DNA of 64,000 bases from an uncultured beta proteobacterium (GTDB taxonomy: Bacteria > Pseudomonadota > Gammaproteobacteria > Burkholderiales > Rhodocyclaceae), in contig CAVUJN010000031.1 in the NCBI GenBank assembly GCA_963741765.1, positions 6,606 to 70,605 of the forward strand, written 5' to 3'. A program made the translations under genes and the position numbers. Positions 44,915 to 56,130 of this stretch are shown in pieces. The notes beneath the pieces were generated by a model. That model was not told the DNA's origin. It saw only the letters and a program-made list of their open reading frames with translations, and searched no databases. Every line of letters begins with the position of its first letter. The first letter of the stretch is position 1.

Positions 44915-45693
44915 TGCTTGTCTCCCTTGTCGTCATGGGCGCGGCGCTCGCCTTGGCGGCGTTCGGGATCGGGTTTGCCGTCGGCGGCATTGTTGCGGCG
45001 CTCCTCGCCGCTGCGCCGGTCGCCGAGCATCGGATTCTTGAGGTCATGCATGTGCAGGTTGTCGTCCATGCCGTAGAAGTCAACATCGGCCGGTGGCACG
45101 ACATCTTCCAGGCCATCGACATGGCCATGATCGTGGTGCGGCAGCTCGCCGGTTTTCAGGAACGACCACGTGACCTGCAGGAAACGGAAGCACATCAGCG
45201 AGGAACCGAGCGGAATGGCACTGTAGACGATCCAGGTCGGCCATTCGAGGTCGGGCGTGGTCGGGCCTTCGTAGTTGTCGCCGGTATCGATGCCGAAAAA
45301 CTTGAAAATCGCATAATGGGCGCCGTTTTCCCAAACGAAGTGGGCGCCAAGCGCGGCGACGGTGCCGGTAAAGAGTGCCCCGGCCAGCAGACCGAAGACG
45401 ATGAATTTGCCGCGCATGCCGTCGTCTAAACGGTTGATCAGCACGTCGACGCCGACGTGGATGCCGGTGCGCACGCCATAGGCGGCACCGAACTTCGCCA
45501 TCCAGACGAACATGATGATGCAAAGCTCCTGCGCCCAACTGAAATTAAGAGACAGCAACCAGTCCTGCAGGATCGGAACGTCAACCCCCGCCATGTAGCG
45601 GTGGGCGACAGATGCGAAAATTATCAAGGTGGCCGCCCCCATCAGGAAGGTCACCAGCAATTCTTCTATGTGATTAAGCGCCTTGTTGATCAT
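44911..45693 (-). CDS. dctQ: TRAP transporter small permease
   Basis: WAQELCIIMFVWMAKFGAAYGVRTGIHVGVD; 4 TM helices. Confidence 0.93.
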   Translation of the reverse strand: MINKALNHIEELLVTFLMGAATLIIFASVAHRYMAGVDVPILQDWLLSLNFSWAQELCIIMFVWMAKFGAAYGVRTGIHVGVDVLINRLDDGMRGKFIVFGLLAGALFTGTVAALGAHFVWENGAHYAIFKFFGIDTGDNYEGPTTPDLEWPTWIVYSAIPLGSSLMCFRFLQVTWSFLKTGELPHHDHGHVDGLEDVVPPADVDFYGMDDNLHMHDLKNPMLGDRRSGEERRNNAADGKPDPERRQGERRAHDDKGDKQ

Positions 45694-45714
45694 TGCGACT
45701 CCCCCGGCGTATGA

Positions 45715-45734
45715 CCGGGGGCCGCGGCCCCCGG
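45715..45734. other. GC-rich hairpin between dctP and dctQ (probable mRNA stabiliser)
   Basis: Perfect inverted repeat CCGGGGGCC-GC-GGCCCCCGG. Confidence 0.55.
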
Positions 45735-45753
45735 GTGTTATCAGAGCAACGGA

Positions 45754-46758
45754 TTACAGGGACTTCGGATCGAAACCGGTTTCCTTGTAGACACTCTCGA
45801 TGACGTCCTTGCCGATGCGCGACTCCATCTTCTTGTGAACGGGCACCAGCACCTTCTTGAAAGCCATGCGCTCTTCCTTGGTCGGTACATGGACTTCAGT
45901 CTTGCCACTCGCCTTGACCGAGGCCAGATCCTTGTCGTTCTGTTCCTTGGCGATCTTGTTGGCGTAAACGGTGGATTCCTTCATCGCCGTTTCGAGCTGG
46001 CCGCGAATATCGGCCGGCAGGCCGTCCCAGAACTTCTTGTTGACGATGACGGCGTAACCCAGGTAGCCATGCTCAGTCAAACTGAGGTGCTTCTGAACCT
46101 CGAACATTTTCTGGGTGTAGAGGTTGGAAATCGGATTCTCGGTGCCATCGACCACACCGGTCTGCAGCGCCTGATAAACCTCGGAGAACGCCATCACCTG
46201 CGGCAACGAGCCAAGGGCGCGCATCTGCTCCTCAAGTACCTTGGACGACTGGATGCGCATCTTCTTGCCCTTCAGATCGGCCGGGGTGTTGATCGGCGAA
46301 TTCAGCGAGAAGGACTTGAATCCGTTATCCCAGTAGGCCAGACCGCGAATGCCCTTGGGCTCCAGCTTGCTCAGCAGTTGCTGGCCGAGCGGGCCCTGCG
46401 TAACCTTGTGCAGTTCGTTGTAGTCGTCAAAAATGTACGGGAGGTCGAATACCTCGAACTCCTTGACACCGAGCGGACCAAACTTGGCCAGCGACGGGGC
46501 GAGCATCTGGACGGCACCGAGCTGCAGCGCTTCCATTTCTTCCTTGTCCTTGTACAGCGTCGAGTTGGCGTAAACCTCGACCTTGACCTTGCCCTTGGTC
46601 AGTTCGTCCGCCCTCTTGGCGAAGTAATTGGCAGCCATACCCTTGGGGGTTTCCTGGGCGACGACGTGGCTGAACTTGATGACGATCGGCTCGTCGGCAA
46701 GGGCCGCAGCGGAAAGCACGCAGGTCATCAGACCGAACAATAGTGAAGACATCTTCAT
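45754..46758 (-). CDS. dctP: TRAP C4-dicarboxylate-binding periplasmic protein
   Basis: IKFSHVVAQETPKG, LYKDKEEMEALQLG, YWDNGFK, KMRIQSS, VYQALQTGVVDGTEN. Confidence 0.95.
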   Translation of the reverse strand: MKMSSLLFGLMTCVLSAAALADEPIVIKFSHVVAQETPKGMAANYFAKRADELTKGKVKVEVYANSTLYKDKEEMEALQLGAVQMLAPSLAKFGPLGVKEFEVFDLPYIFDDYNELHKVTQGPLGQQLLSKLEPKGIRGLAYWDNGFKSFSLNSPINTPADLKGKKMRIQSSKVLEEQMRALGSLPQVMAFSEVYQALQTGVVDGTENPISNLYTQKMFEVQKHLSLTEHGYLGYAVIVNKKFWDGLPADIRGQLETAMKESTVYANKIAKEQNDKDLASVKASGKTEVHVPTKEERMAFKKVLVPVHKKMESRIGKDVIESVYKETGFDPKSL

Positions 46759-46915
46759 AACGGTTTTCTCCTCCAGGTTATAAATTTCTGCCGGAACATG
46801 CGCCAGCAGCCTAAGAGTATTACGAAAGGCAGAAGCCGGGGCCATTGTGGATATCCGTATTGTGGTTTTCCACATCGGGAGGTCCGGCCATCGACGGCTG
46901 GTTTAACATCCATCC

Positions 46916-48895
46916 ATGCACGCTCTTCCGCCGCCCGTCAGCGCCCGCCGCCTGCGCTGGATTCTCGCCCTGCCCAAGCTGGGCGTCGTGCTGCTGCTCG
47001 CCGCCGTCGTCGCACTGCTGTGGATGCTGCACCAGAACGATATCGAGGAAGAACGCGCGAGTCTGATCAAGGACGTGCTGTGGCTGGAGCAGAACCTGCG
47101 CTTTCATCTCGCCAACAATGAAGAGCAGTTCCAGCAACTGGCCTACGACCTCGGTACCCAGGGCGAACGCCAGAAACTTTTCAGGGTTCGCGCCAACCAT
47201 GTGCTGAAGAACAATCCGGATATCGCACAGATCGTCTGGTTCGACGCCCGGCGCCAGGTGATCGATACCCTGCCCGGGGCGCAACCCGCCGACAGCGAAC
47301 TGGAGGCCTTCGGGCCACCGGTGACGCAGAAGGCTTTCGAGCTGGCCAGCCGCCTCAACAAGCGGGTCTATAGCGAACCGTTCTTCCTCAGGGGCAATAC
47401 CGCCCATTTCGCACTCGCCGTGCCGATCTTTGCGGAACGCAAGCTGACCGGCATGCTGGTCGTCAGCTATTCGATCGATGGCATGCTCGGGAATCTCGTA
47501 CCGTGGTGGTTCGCCGAAAAATACCGGGTGGTAGTGGTCAATGACAACGACGTGCAGTTCGCCGCCAAATCGAATATCGAGGGCACTCCGAACATTTCCT
47601 ACGAACTGCCCTTCGACCCACCGGGTTACGGTCTGATCATCCGCGTCACCAGCTACCAGAGCGCCGGCAATCCGCTGCAGCGCCTGCTCGCCGGCGCCAT
47701 CCTTTTCCTCGCCGCCGGAGTGTTCTGGAGCCTGTGGATCGTCCGCGACCTGATGAAGAAGCGCGCGCTGACCGAAGAAGCCCTGCGCGCTGAACACGCG
47801 TTGCGCTCGGCGATGGAGGATTCACTGACGGTCGGCATGCGGGCACGCGACCTGAGCGGCAGGATCATCTACGTCAATCCGGCCTTCTGCCGGATGACCG
47901 GGTTCGCCAGCGACGAACTGGTCGGCCACACCCCGCCTATGCCTTACTGGGTGCCCGAGCAATACGAAGAGACGATGGCCATGCATCAGGTCGTCATGGC
48001 TGGCGAGGCACCGCCGGACGGATTCGAAATTACTTTCCAGCGCAAGGATGGCGAACATTTTCAGGCACTGGTCTACGAGGCGCCACTGATCGATGGCAAA
48101 GGCCAGCATACCGGCTGGATGGCCTCGGTACTCGACGTCACGGAACGGCGGCGTGCAGAGGAACTGGCCCGCCTGCAACAAGAGCAACTGCAATTCACCT
48201 CGCGCCTGGTGACGATGGGCGAGATGGCGTCGACACTTGCGCACGAACTGAACCAGCCGCTGGCGGCAATCGCCAGCTACAACACCGGCTGCCTGAACCT
48301 GCTGGCGGGCAAGACGGACGACTGCGCAGACATTCGCGAGGCGCTCGAAAAACTTGGCGTCCAGGCCCAGCGCGCCGGGCGCATCATTCGCCGGGTGCAC
48401 GATTTCGTCAGGAAGAGCGAGCCAAAGCGCGCCCCCTGCGCCCTGCGTGAGATTGTCAACGAATGCATCGGCTTCGTCGAAGCGGAGATGCGCAAGCGCC
48501 ATGTCCGCATCGAAAGCGTCCTGCCCCCCTTGTCGCCAGTGCTGGCCGACCGCCTGATGCTCGAACAGGTCCTGCTCAATTTGATTCGCAACGGCATGGA
48601 AGCGATGAGCGCGACGCCTGAAAACGAGCGGGTACTGCAGATCTCCGCCGTCGCAAGCGGCAGCGAAGTCATCGTCAGTGTTGCCGACAATGGCTGCGGC
48701 ATCGCACCGGAGGTCCGCGAGAAGCTGTTTACGGCCTTTTTCTCGACCAAGCCGGAGGGCATGGGCGTCGGGCTGTCGATCTGCCGCTCGATCATCGAGT
48801 TCCACCGCGGCCGCCTGTGGGTCGAGGAAAATGCGCATTCGCCGACCGGAAGCGGTACGATATTCAGGTTCACCCTGCCGCTGGATACCGCATGA
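46916..48895 (+). CDS. dctS: PAS-domain sensor histidine kinase (DctS-like)
   Basis: Two TM helices, PAS (YVNPAFCRMTG), MASTLAHELNQPL, NLIRNG, DNGCG, GMGVGL. Confidence 0.88.
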   Translation: MHALPPPVSARRLRWILALPKLGVVLLLAAVVALLWMLHQNDIEEERASLIKDVLWLEQNLRFHLANNEEQFQQLAYDLGTQGERQKLFRVRANHVLKNNPDIAQIVWFDARRQVIDTLPGAQPADSELEAFGPPVTQKAFELASRLNKRVYSEPFFLRGNTAHFALAVPIFAERKLTGMLVVSYSIDGMLGNLVPWWFAEKYRVVVVNDNDVQFAAKSNIEGTPNISYELPFDPPGYGLIIRVTSYQSAGNPLQRLLAGAILFLAAGVFWSLWIVRDLMKKRALTEEALRAEHALRSAMEDSLTVGMRARDLSGRIIYVNPAFCRMTGFASDELVGHTPPMPYWVPEQYEETMAMHQVVMAGEAPPDGFEITFQRKDGEHFQALVYEAPLIDGKGQHTGWMASVLDVTERRRAEELARLQQEQLQFTSRLVTMGEMASTLAHELNQPLAAIASYNTGCLNLLAGKTDDCADIREALEKLGVQAQRAGRIIRRVHDFVRKSEPKRAPCALREIVNECIGFVEAEMRKRHVRIESVLPPLSPVLADRLMLEQVLLNLIRNGMEAMSATPENERVLQISAVASGSEVIVSVADNGCGIAPEVREKLFTAFFSTKPEGMGVGLSICRSIIEFHRGRLWVEENAHSPTGSGTIFRFTLPLDTA

Positions 48896-49494
48896 GCCTG
48901 CCGCAAGCCCACCTGGTCGACGACGACGACGCCATTCGCGATGCGCTGGCCTGGCTGCTCAAGTCGCGCAACCTGCCGAGCGCGGGCTACGCCAGCGCCG
49001 AAAACTTTCTTGCCGCATGGACGCCGGAACTCGCTGGTTGCGTGATTCTCGACATGCGCATGCCCGGTATCAGCGGGCTCGACTGTTTCGATGCCCTGCG
49101 CGAGCGCGGATCGAAGCTGCCAGTCATTTTCCTGACCGGGCATGGCGACGTGCCACTGGCGGTGGCGACGCTGAAAAATGGCGCCTACGATTTCTTCGAA
49201 AAGCCATTCAACGACAATGATCTCGCCACCCGGGTCGAGGAGGCGCTGGCGCTCGACGCCAGGCAACGCGCCGCAAATGCCGCGGTCAACTCGGTAAACG
49301 GCCTGCTTTCCACCCTGACCGCCCGCGAACAGCAGATCATGGAACTGGTGCTGCTCGGCAAGTTCAACAAGGTCATCGCCGACGAACTGAACATCAGCAT
49401 GCGAACCGTCGAGGTGCATCGCGCCAACCTGTTCGACAAAATGAAGGTAAAAACCGCAGTTGAACTGGCCAATTTGCTCAAACCCAAGCACTGA
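48892..49494 (+). CDS. dctR: FixJ/LuxR-type response regulator (DctR-like)
   Basis: [27 protein letters not shown]...[20 protein letters not shown]. Confidence 0.88.
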   Translation: MSLPQAHLVDDDDAIRDALAWLLKSRNLPSAGYASAENFLAAWTPELAGCVILDMRMPGISGLDCFDALRERGSKLPVIFLTGHGDVPLAVATLKNGAYDFFEKPFNDNDLATRVEEALALDARQRAANAAVNSVNGLLSTLTAREQQIMELVLLGKFNKVIADELNISMRTVEVHRANLFDKMKVKTAVELANLLKPKH

Positions 49495-49603
49495 CCCTTC
49501 CCTTGCGTCCGGTTTTTCGCTAGCATTTCCTGATGCATACTCGCGTCTTTCCCGGCGCACCCTTTTTTCATTTCAGGATTTACCCCATTCCACGAGGCAA
49601 TAC

Positions 49604-49930
49604 ATGAGCGAGCACATCCATTACATCACCGATGACACCTTCGAATCCGAAGTGCTGCAATCACAGCAGCCGGTTCTGGTGGACTACTGGGCAGAATGGT
49701 GCGGCCCCTGCAAGATGATTGCCCCGATCCTCGACGATATCGCCAAGGAATACGCCGGCAAGCTCAAGGTCGCCAAGGTCAATATCGACGACAACCAGGC
49801 GACCCCCGCCAAGTTCGGTATCCGCGGCATTCCAACCCTGATGATCTTCAAGAACGGTAACGTCGAGGCGACCAAGGTCGGCGCCCTGTCCAAGTCACAA
49901 CTCGCTGCCTTTATTGACAGCACGCTGTAA
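49604..49930 (+). CDS. trxA: Thioredoxin
   Basis: [20 protein letters not shown]. Confidence 0.98.
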   Translation: MSEHIHYITDDTFESEVLQSQQPVLVDYWAEWCGPCKMIAPILDDIAKEYAGKLKVAKVNIDDNQATPAKFGIRGIPTLMIFKNGNVEATKVGALSKSQLAAFIDSTL

Positions 49931-50094
49931 TCTCCGTACTCTCTCGCCCTGAAAGTGCGTTCTGCACTTTCAGGCAGACGCAACCGGCTCCGCGCCCCGG
50001 CGTCTTTCCCCACATCAAAAGCTTCCCAGCTTCAGCGCCCCGGTTTTCGGGCAGTCGCCCGGCCTTCCTTTTCGGCGCCACACACACTCAATAA

Positions 50095-51354
50095 ATGCAA
50101 CTTTCCGAACTCAAGATATTACACGTCAGCAAATTGCTCGACATGGCCTCCGAACTGGCGATCGAAAACGCCAACCGCATGCGCAAGCAGGAGCTGATCT
50201 ACGCCATCCTGAAAGCCAAGGCCAAGAACGGCGACACCATCTACGGCGATGGCACGCTCGAAGTGTTGCAGGACGGCTTCGGCTTCCTGCGTTCCTCCGA
50301 CACCTCCTACCTCGCCAACACCGATGACATCTATGTCTCGCCATCTCAGGTCCGCCGCTTCAACCTGCGCACTGGCGATACCATCGAAGGCGAAATTCGC
50401 ACGCCGAAGGATGGCGAACGTTACGTCGCGCTGACCAAGCTGGAATCGATCAACGGTTTCCCGCCCGAGGCGAACAAGAACAAGATCATGTTCGAGAACC
50501 TGACACCGCTGCATCCGACGCGTCATCTCAAACTCGAACGTGACATCAAGGCTGACGAGAACATCACCAGTCGCGTCATCGACATGATTGCGCCAGTGGG
50601 TGCTGGCCAGCGCGGCCTGATCGTCTCGCCGCCGAAATCCGGCAAGACGGTAATGCTGCAGAACATTGCCCACGCCATCGCCGCCAACCACCCGGATGTC
50701 GTGCTGATCGTGCTGCTGATCGATGAGCGCCCGGAAGAAGTGACCGAAATGACCCGCACCGTCAAGGGCGAGGTCGTTGCCTCGACGTTCGACGAACCGG
50801 CCACCCGCCACGTCGCCGTCGCCGAGATGGTCATCGAGAAAGCCAAGCGCCTGGTCGAGCACAAGAAAGACGTGGTCATCCTGCTCGATTCGATCACCCG
50901 TCTCGCCCGTGCCTACAATACCGTCCAGCCTGCTTCGGGCAAGGTGCTGACCGGTGGCGTCGACGCCAATGCCCTGCAAAAGCCCAAGCGCTTCTTCGGC
51001 GCCGCGCGCAATATCGAGGAAGGCGGCTCGCTGACCATCCTCGCCACGGCGCTGATCGACACCGGTTCGCGCATGGACGAAGTGATCTACGAGGAATTCA
51101 AAGGCACCGGCAACTCCGAAATCCACCTCGACCGGCGCATGGCCGAGAAGCGCATGTACCCGGCGATCAACGTCAATCGTTCCGGCACCCGCCGCGAAGA
51201 GCTTCTGCTCAAGCCCGACGTGCTGTCGAAGATGTGGGTCCTCAGGAAGCTGTGCTATCCGATGGACGACCTCGCGGCAATGGAATTCCTGCTCGACAAG
51301 GTCAAATCGACCAAGAGCAATGCCGAGTTCTTTGACGCCATGCGGCGCGGTTAA
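50095..51354 (+). CDS. rho: Transcription termination factor Rho
   Basis: [39 protein letters not shown]. Confidence 0.98.
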   Translation: MQLSELKILHVSKLLDMASELAIENANRMRKQELIYAILKAKAKNGDTIYGDGTLEVLQDGFGFLRSSDTSYLANTDDIYVSPSQVRRFNLRTGDTIEGEIRTPKDGERYVALTKLESINGFPPEANKNKIMFENLTPLHPTRHLKLERDIKADENITSRVIDMIAPVGAGQRGLIVSPPKSGKTVMLQNIAHAIAANHPDVVLIVLLIDERPEEVTEMTRTVKGEVVASTFDEPATRHVAVAEMVIEKAKRLVEHKKDVVILLDSITRLARAYNTVQPASGKVLTGGVDANALQKPKRFFGAARNIEEGGSLTILATALIDTGSRMDEVIYEEFKGTGNSEIHLDRRMAEKRMYPAINVNRSGTRREELLLKPDVLSKMWVLRKLCYPMDDLAAMEFLLDKVKSTKSNAEFFDAMRRG

Positions 51355-51451
51355 GCCAACGATTTCTATTGCAAGCGCGTGATTATTCGAGGATAATCAC
51401 GCGTTTTCCAGGTCGGCCACATCCGCCGGTCGCTTGCTTAAAGGACAAAAA

Positions 51452-51676
51452 ATGAAAGCCGATATCCACCCGAAATACAACGAAGTCGAGGTCACCTGCT
51501 CCTGCGGCAATATCTTCTCGACCCGTTCGACCATGACCAAGAACGCCTTCCACGTTGAAGTCTGCTCTGCCTGCCATCCGTTCTACACGGGCAAGCAGAA
51601 GATTGTCGATACCGCCGGCCGCGTCGAAAAGTTCAACCAGAAATTCGGCACCATGCGCGGCAAGGCCGCTGCCTGA
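51452..51676 (+). CDS. rpmE: 50S ribosomal protein L31 (Zn-binding type)
   Basis: [26 protein letters not shown]. Confidence 0.97.
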   Translation: MKADIHPKYNEVEVTCSCGNIFSTRSTMTKNAFHVEVCSACHPFYTGKQKIVDTAGRVEKFNQKFGTMRGKAAA

Positions 51677-51699
51677 TTGGCCTGAGCCAGGACAGAAAG

Positions 51700-51722
51700 G
51701 GCAGCCGAGGGGCTGCCTTTTT
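51700..51722 (+). terminator. Rho-independent terminator after rpmE
   Basis: GGCAGCC-GAGG-GGCTGCC followed by TTTTT. Confidence 0.85.
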
Positions 51723-51736
51723 CATTTCAGGCCGAC

Positions 51737-53359
51737 ATGACTGACTCTCTCGCCCCGCTTCGTCGCGGCATCCGACTGCCCCCGGCCGGCTGGGCCCTCG
51801 CCGGCATGCTGGCATTCTACGTTCTGGCCGGCCTGTTCGGCCGCGACCCGTGGAAAGGCGAGGATGCCATTCACATCGGCGTCGCCTGGAACATGCTGCA
51901 CTACAGCGACTGGCTGTCACCCGATCTCGCCGGGCGCTCGTTCCACGAACCGCCACTCTATTACTGGACGGCCGCCTTCACCGGCAAGGCACTCGGCTGG
52001 CTGTTGCCGCTGCACGAAGCGATCCGGCTGGCCAGTGGCGTCTGGGTCACACTGGCGCTGGCCGGACTTTACTATGCGGGCCGCGAACTTTATGGTCAGG
52101 CGAGCGCGGCCGCCAGCCCGCTTTTGCTCGCCGGCAGCGTCGGACTGCTGATCCACGCCCACGACGCACAGCCGATGCTGATCGCCATCGCCGCCTATAG
52201 CGGCGGCCTCGGCGCCCTGGCCGCCAGTGGGCGCCGCCCGTGGCTGGCCGGAACCTTCTATGGCCTGGCGCTGGCCGCTTGCCTGCTCGGTACCGGCATC
52301 GCCCCGACCCTGCCGCTACTGGCCATCGCACCGCTCGCCTGGTGGCTGGCGACTGACCGGCGCAAGGCCGCGCACGCCGTGCTCCTCGGCCTGGGCATCG
52401 GGCTGCTGCTGATCCTGCCATGGACGCTTCTGCTGCTGGCCATCGAGCCTTCACGCTTTCATGGCTGGCTGAACAACGAACTGGCGCCACTGCGTACCCC
52501 ATTCTCGTTTTCCGGGGCCGGGCGCTTTCTCGCCCTGCTTCCGTGGTTCGCCTTTCCGGCCCTGCCGCTGGCGGGCTGGACGCTGTGGTCGCGGCGCAAG
52601 GCACTGGGCGCCATGCCGCAGTTGCTGCCGCTGGCCTTCCTGCTGCTGACCCTGCTGCTGCTGGCGCTGGCCTACCGGCCGCGCGAAATTCCCGCCCTGC
52701 TGCTCCTGCCGCCGCTGGCCCTGCTCGCGACGCCGGGCGCGCTGATGCTGCGCCGCGGAGCGGCCAATGCCTTCGACTGGTTCGCCATGATGACTTTCAG
52801 TGTCTTCGTCGGCCTGGCCTGGGTAGCGTGGTCGGCGATGGCGCTCGGCTGGCCGGAACGTCTGGCCAAACGGGTCGTCGTACTGCGCCCCGGCTTCGTC
52901 GGGCACTTCGATATCTTCGCGTTCACCATCGGCGTACTGGCAACGATCTGGTGGATCTGGCTGATCCTGACCGCGCCGCGCTCGCCATATCGCGGCCTTA
53001 CCCACTGGACGCTAGGCTTCACCACCTTCCTGCTGATGGTCACCTCGATGGTTCTACCCTGGTTCGACTACGGCAAGACCTATCGCCCGGTTGCCGAGGC
53101 GATCGCCAGCGTCCTGCCCGCGGATCACGGATGCGTCGCCGAGCGCGGGGTCAGCGATACGCAGCGCGCCTCGTTCGCCTACTTTATCGAGCTCGAGCCA
53201 AAGGCATGGGAAACCGCCGCCGGCAGGCAATGCGACTGGCTGCTGGTGATGGGCAATTCGCGGCAGGAACTGGCAGCGCCGGACGATACCTGGACCAAGG
53301 CATGGGAAGGCAAGCGACCCGCCGAACGCAACGAAAAATTCCGCCTTTATCGGCGTTGA
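51737..53359 (+). CDS. ArnT/PMT-like (GT-C) membrane glycosyltransferase
   Basis: GRDPWKGED, EPPLYYW, about 12 TM helices, FDWF; usual position after rpmE in Betaproteobacteria. Confidence 0.82.
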   Translation: MTDSLAPLRRGIRLPPAGWALAGMLAFYVLAGLFGRDPWKGEDAIHIGVAWNMLHYSDWLSPDLAGRSFHEPPLYYWTAAFTGKALGWLLPLHEAIRLASGVWVTLALAGLYYAGRELYGQASAAASPLLLAGSVGLLIHAHDAQPMLIAIAAYSGGLGALAASGRRPWLAGTFYGLALAACLLGTGIAPTLPLLAIAPLAWWLATDRRKAAHAVLLGLGIGLLLILPWTLLLLAIEPSRFHGWLNNELAPLRTPFSFSGAGRFLALLPWFAFPALPLAGWTLWSRRKALGAMPQLLPLAFLLLTLLLLALAYRPREIPALLLLPPLALLATPGALMLRRGAANAFDWFAMMTFSVFVGLAWVAWSAMALGWPERLAKRVVVLRPGFVGHFDIFAFTIGVLATIWWIWLILTAPRSPYRGLTHWTLGFTTFLLMVTSMVLPWFDYGKTYRPVAEAIASVLPADHGCVAERGVSDTQRASFAYFIELEPKAWETAAGRQCDWLLVMGNSRQELAAPDDTWTKAWEGKRPAERNEKFRLYRR

Positions 53360-53399
53360 CCGCACCCGGCCCGAAGTGCACTCGGGGCGCCGCTGTCAC

Positions 53400-53945
53400 T
53401 CAGGATTTTAGAAAATGTTCGCGGTAATACTTGAGTTCGTCGATCGACTCGTAAATGTCGGCCAGCGCCGTATGCCGCCCTTTCTTCTTGAACCCCCTGT
53501 AGATTTCCGGCTGCCAGCGCTTGCACAACTCCTTGAGGGTGCTGACGTCGAGGTTACGGTAATGAAAGAAGGCTTCCAGCACGGGCATGTAGCGTGCCAT
53601 GAAGCGCCGGTCCTGCCCGATCGAGTTGCCGCACATCGGCGAATGCCCGGACGACGAGTATTTTTTCAGGAATTCCAGCGCCGCCTGTTCGACTGCGGCT
53701 TCGTCCAGCGTGGACGCTTTGACCTTGTCGATCAGCCCCGAGCGTCCGTGGGTTTTCTGGTTCCACTCGTCCATCCCGGCCAGGGTTTTGTCTGACTGAT
53801 GGACGACCCAGGCCGGCGACTCGGCAACCAGCTCAAGTTCGGAATTGGTCACCACCATCGCCATCTCGATAATCCTGTCGCCATCCGGGTTCAGGCCTGT
53901 CATTTCCATGTCCAGCCAGACGAGGTTGTTTGCGTTGCCTGTCAT
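53400..53945 (-). CDS. orn: Oligoribonuclease
   Basis: [51 protein letters not shown]. Confidence 0.98.
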   Translation of the reverse strand: MTGNANNLVWLDMEMTGLNPDGDRIIEMAMVVTNSELELVAESPAWVVHQSDKTLAGMDEWNQKTHGRSGLIDKVKASTLDEAAVEQAALEFLKKYSSSGHSPMCGNSIGQDRRFMARYMPVLEAFFHYRNLDVSTLKELCKRWQPEIYRGFKKKGRHTALADIYESIDELKYYREHFLKS

Positions 53946-54002
53946 ATAATTAGTCAAAATCCTTGAAAAACATCATTTTCTCATAGCTTGACCTCCTGAT
54001 CA

Positions 54003-55247
54003 GTGACCAACGACTTTAGCGTTTTCTTCCTTGCCGCTTTCACGCTGACGCTTGCCGGCCGCCTGTGGCTGACCCTGCGCCAGATCCGCTTCGTTGCCGC
54101 CCACCGCGCCGCCGTTCCGGACGGTTTCACCGAGCGCATTTCACTCGCAGCCCACCAAAAAGCGGCCGATTACACGGTCAACCGCAACAGACTTGAAATT
54201 CTGACCACGCTGGTCAACGCCGCGCTGCTTCTCGCCTTGACGCTCGGCGGCGGGCTCGCCTGGCTGCACGATTTCTGGAGCGGGCGCCTTGCCGGGCTGC
54301 CCTACGGTCTGGCGCTGATTTTCAGCGTGATGCTCGTCTCGGCAGTGATCGATCTGCCCTTTTCGCTCTACCGCCAGTTCGTCATCGAGGCCCGTTACGG
54401 CTTCAACCGCATGAACCTCGCACTCTTCGTCGGCGATCTCGTGAAGCATGCGCTCCTCGGCATCGTCATTGGCGCCCCAGTGATCCTTGCCGTGCTGTGG
54501 CTGATGGGGGCCATGGGCAGTGCCTGGTGGTTCTCGGTTTGGCTCTTCTGGTGTGCCTTCAACCTGTTGATTCTGTTCATTTATCCGACCTGGATCGCGC
54601 CGCTGTTCAACAAATTCGCGCCACTCGAGGATGGCGAGATGAAGTCGCGCATCGAGGCCCTGCTGACGCGCTGCGGCTTCACCTCGTCCGGTCTGTTCGT
54701 CATGGACGGCTCGAAGCGTTCGAGCCACGGCAACGCCTACTTCACCGGCTTCGGCAACAACAAGCGCATCGTCTTCTTCGACACCCTGCTCTCCCGCCTC
54801 GCACCACCGGAAATCGAAGCCGTATTAGCACACGAACTCGGACATTTCCGCCGCCGCCATGTCGTCAAGCGCATCGTTTTCATGTTCGCCACCGCTCTCG
54901 GCTTTCTCTGGCTGCTCGGCCAGTTGATCGATGCGCCGTGGTTCTATGCCGGCCTCGGCGTGTCGGCGCAGAGCACTGCGCTGGCCCTGATCCTGTTCTT
55001 TCTCGTGATCCCGGTATTCACCTTCCCGCTCAGCCCGCTGCTCAGCCGCCTGTCGCGCCAGCACGAATTCGAAGCCGACGCCTACGCGGCCGAGCACACG
55101 GCTGCCGCCGACCTCAGCCGGGCACTGGTCAAGCTCTACGAAGACAATGCGTTAACCCTGACGCCCGATCCGCTGCATTCGCTGTTCTACGATTCGCACC
55201 CGCCGGCCGCGGTGCGCATCGCCCGCTTGCAGGCGGCAGCCCGCTGA
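54003..55247 (+). CDS. M48 family (Ste24-like) metallopeptidase
   Basis: DGSKRSSHGNAYFTG, VLAHELGH, SRQHEFEADAYA, SHPP. Confidence 0.95.
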   Translation: MTNDFSVFFLAAFTLTLAGRLWLTLRQIRFVAAHRAAVPDGFTERISLAAHQKAADYTVNRNRLEILTTLVNAALLLALTLGGGLAWLHDFWSGRLAGLPYGLALIFSVMLVSAVIDLPFSLYRQFVIEARYGFNRMNLALFVGDLVKHALLGIVIGAPVILAVLWLMGAMGSAWWFSVWLFWCAFNLLILFIYPTWIAPLFNKFAPLEDGEMKSRIEALLTRCGFTSSGLFVMDGSKRSSHGNAYFTGFGNNKRIVFFDTLLSRLAPPEIEAVLAHELGHFRRRHVVKRIVFMFATALGFLWLLGQLIDAPWFYAGLGVSAQSTALALILFFLVIPVFTFPLSPLLSRLSRQHEFEADAYAAEHTAAADLSRALVKLYEDNALTLTPDPLHSLFYDSHPPAAVRIARLQAAAR

Positions 55248-56113
55248 TGCACGGCCGCGTCGTCGCCGCCCACGGTCGCCAGTACGTCGTCGAACTCGAC
55301 GACGGGACGCTGCTGCCGTGCTTCCCGCGCGGCAAGAAAAGCGAGGTGGCCTGCGGCGACCGTGTCGACATCCAGCGCACTTCCGACGACCAGGGCGTCA
55401 TCGAAGCCATTCAGCCGCGCACCAGCCTGCTTTACCGCTCCAACGAAATCAAGCAGAAGCTGATTGCCGCCAACGTCAACCAGGTCGTCATCGTCGTCGC
55501 CACCGAACCGGGCTTCTCCGACGAACTGGTGACACGCGCCCTGCTCGCCGTCGAGAGCGAGGAAATCGAGCCGCTGATCGTCCTCAACAAGTGCGACCTC
55601 GCCGACAAATTGCCGGCAGCACGCGCGCAGCTGGCGGTTTTCGCCAGCCTTGGCTACCGCATCGTCGAGCTCTCCGCCCGCGACCATGCCGAGGATCTGC
55701 GCCCCGAACTGCACGGCTATACCAGCGTGCTGGTCGGTCAATCCGGCATGGGCAAATCGACGCTGGTCAATGCCCTGCTCCCCGAAGCCCGGGCCGCAAC
55801 GCGCGAAATTTCGGCGGCACTCGATTCGGGCAAGCACACGACGACGCACGCGACGCTCTACCACCTGGACGCGTACAGCGAACTGATCGATTCACCGGGG
55901 CTGCAGGAATTCGGCCTCGGCCACCTCGACCGTCAGGAAATCGAATACGCTTTCCGCGAATTCCGCCCCTATCTCGGCAAGTGCCGCTTCCGTGACTGTC
56001 ACCACAACCGCGAGCCCGACTGTGCCTTGATCGCTGCGGTCAACGCCGGAAACATCGACAAACGGCGTTTCGCCATTTACCACCGCATCATGGGAACACC
56101 GCGCGCCGAGTAA
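55247..56113 (+). CDS. rsgA: Ribosome small subunit-dependent GTPase A
   Basis: NKCD, GQSGMGKSTLVN, GKHTTT, DSPG, CRFRDCHH.EPDC. Confidence 0.96.
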   Translation: MHGRVVAAHGRQYVVELDDGTLLPCFPRGKKSEVACGDRVDIQRTSDDQGVIEAIQPRTSLLYRSNEIKQKLIAANVNQVVIVVATEPGFSDELVTRALLAVESEEIEPLIVLNKCDLADKLPAARAQLAVFASLGYRIVELSARDHAEDLRPELHGYTSVLVGQSGMGKSTLVNALLPEARAATREISAALDSGKHTTTHATLYHLDAYSELIDSPGLQEFGLGHLDRQEIEYAFREFRPYLGKCRFRDCHHNREPDCALIAAVNAGNIDKRRFAIYHRIMGTPRAE

Positions 56114-56130
56114 ACGGCACCGCGCCAGGT

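Noticed and set aside
53946-53960. Second IscR-like site (AATTAGTCAA) between orn and the M48 peptidase gene
   Set aside because: Half-site only, overlapping the orn translation start region; no dyad symmetry.
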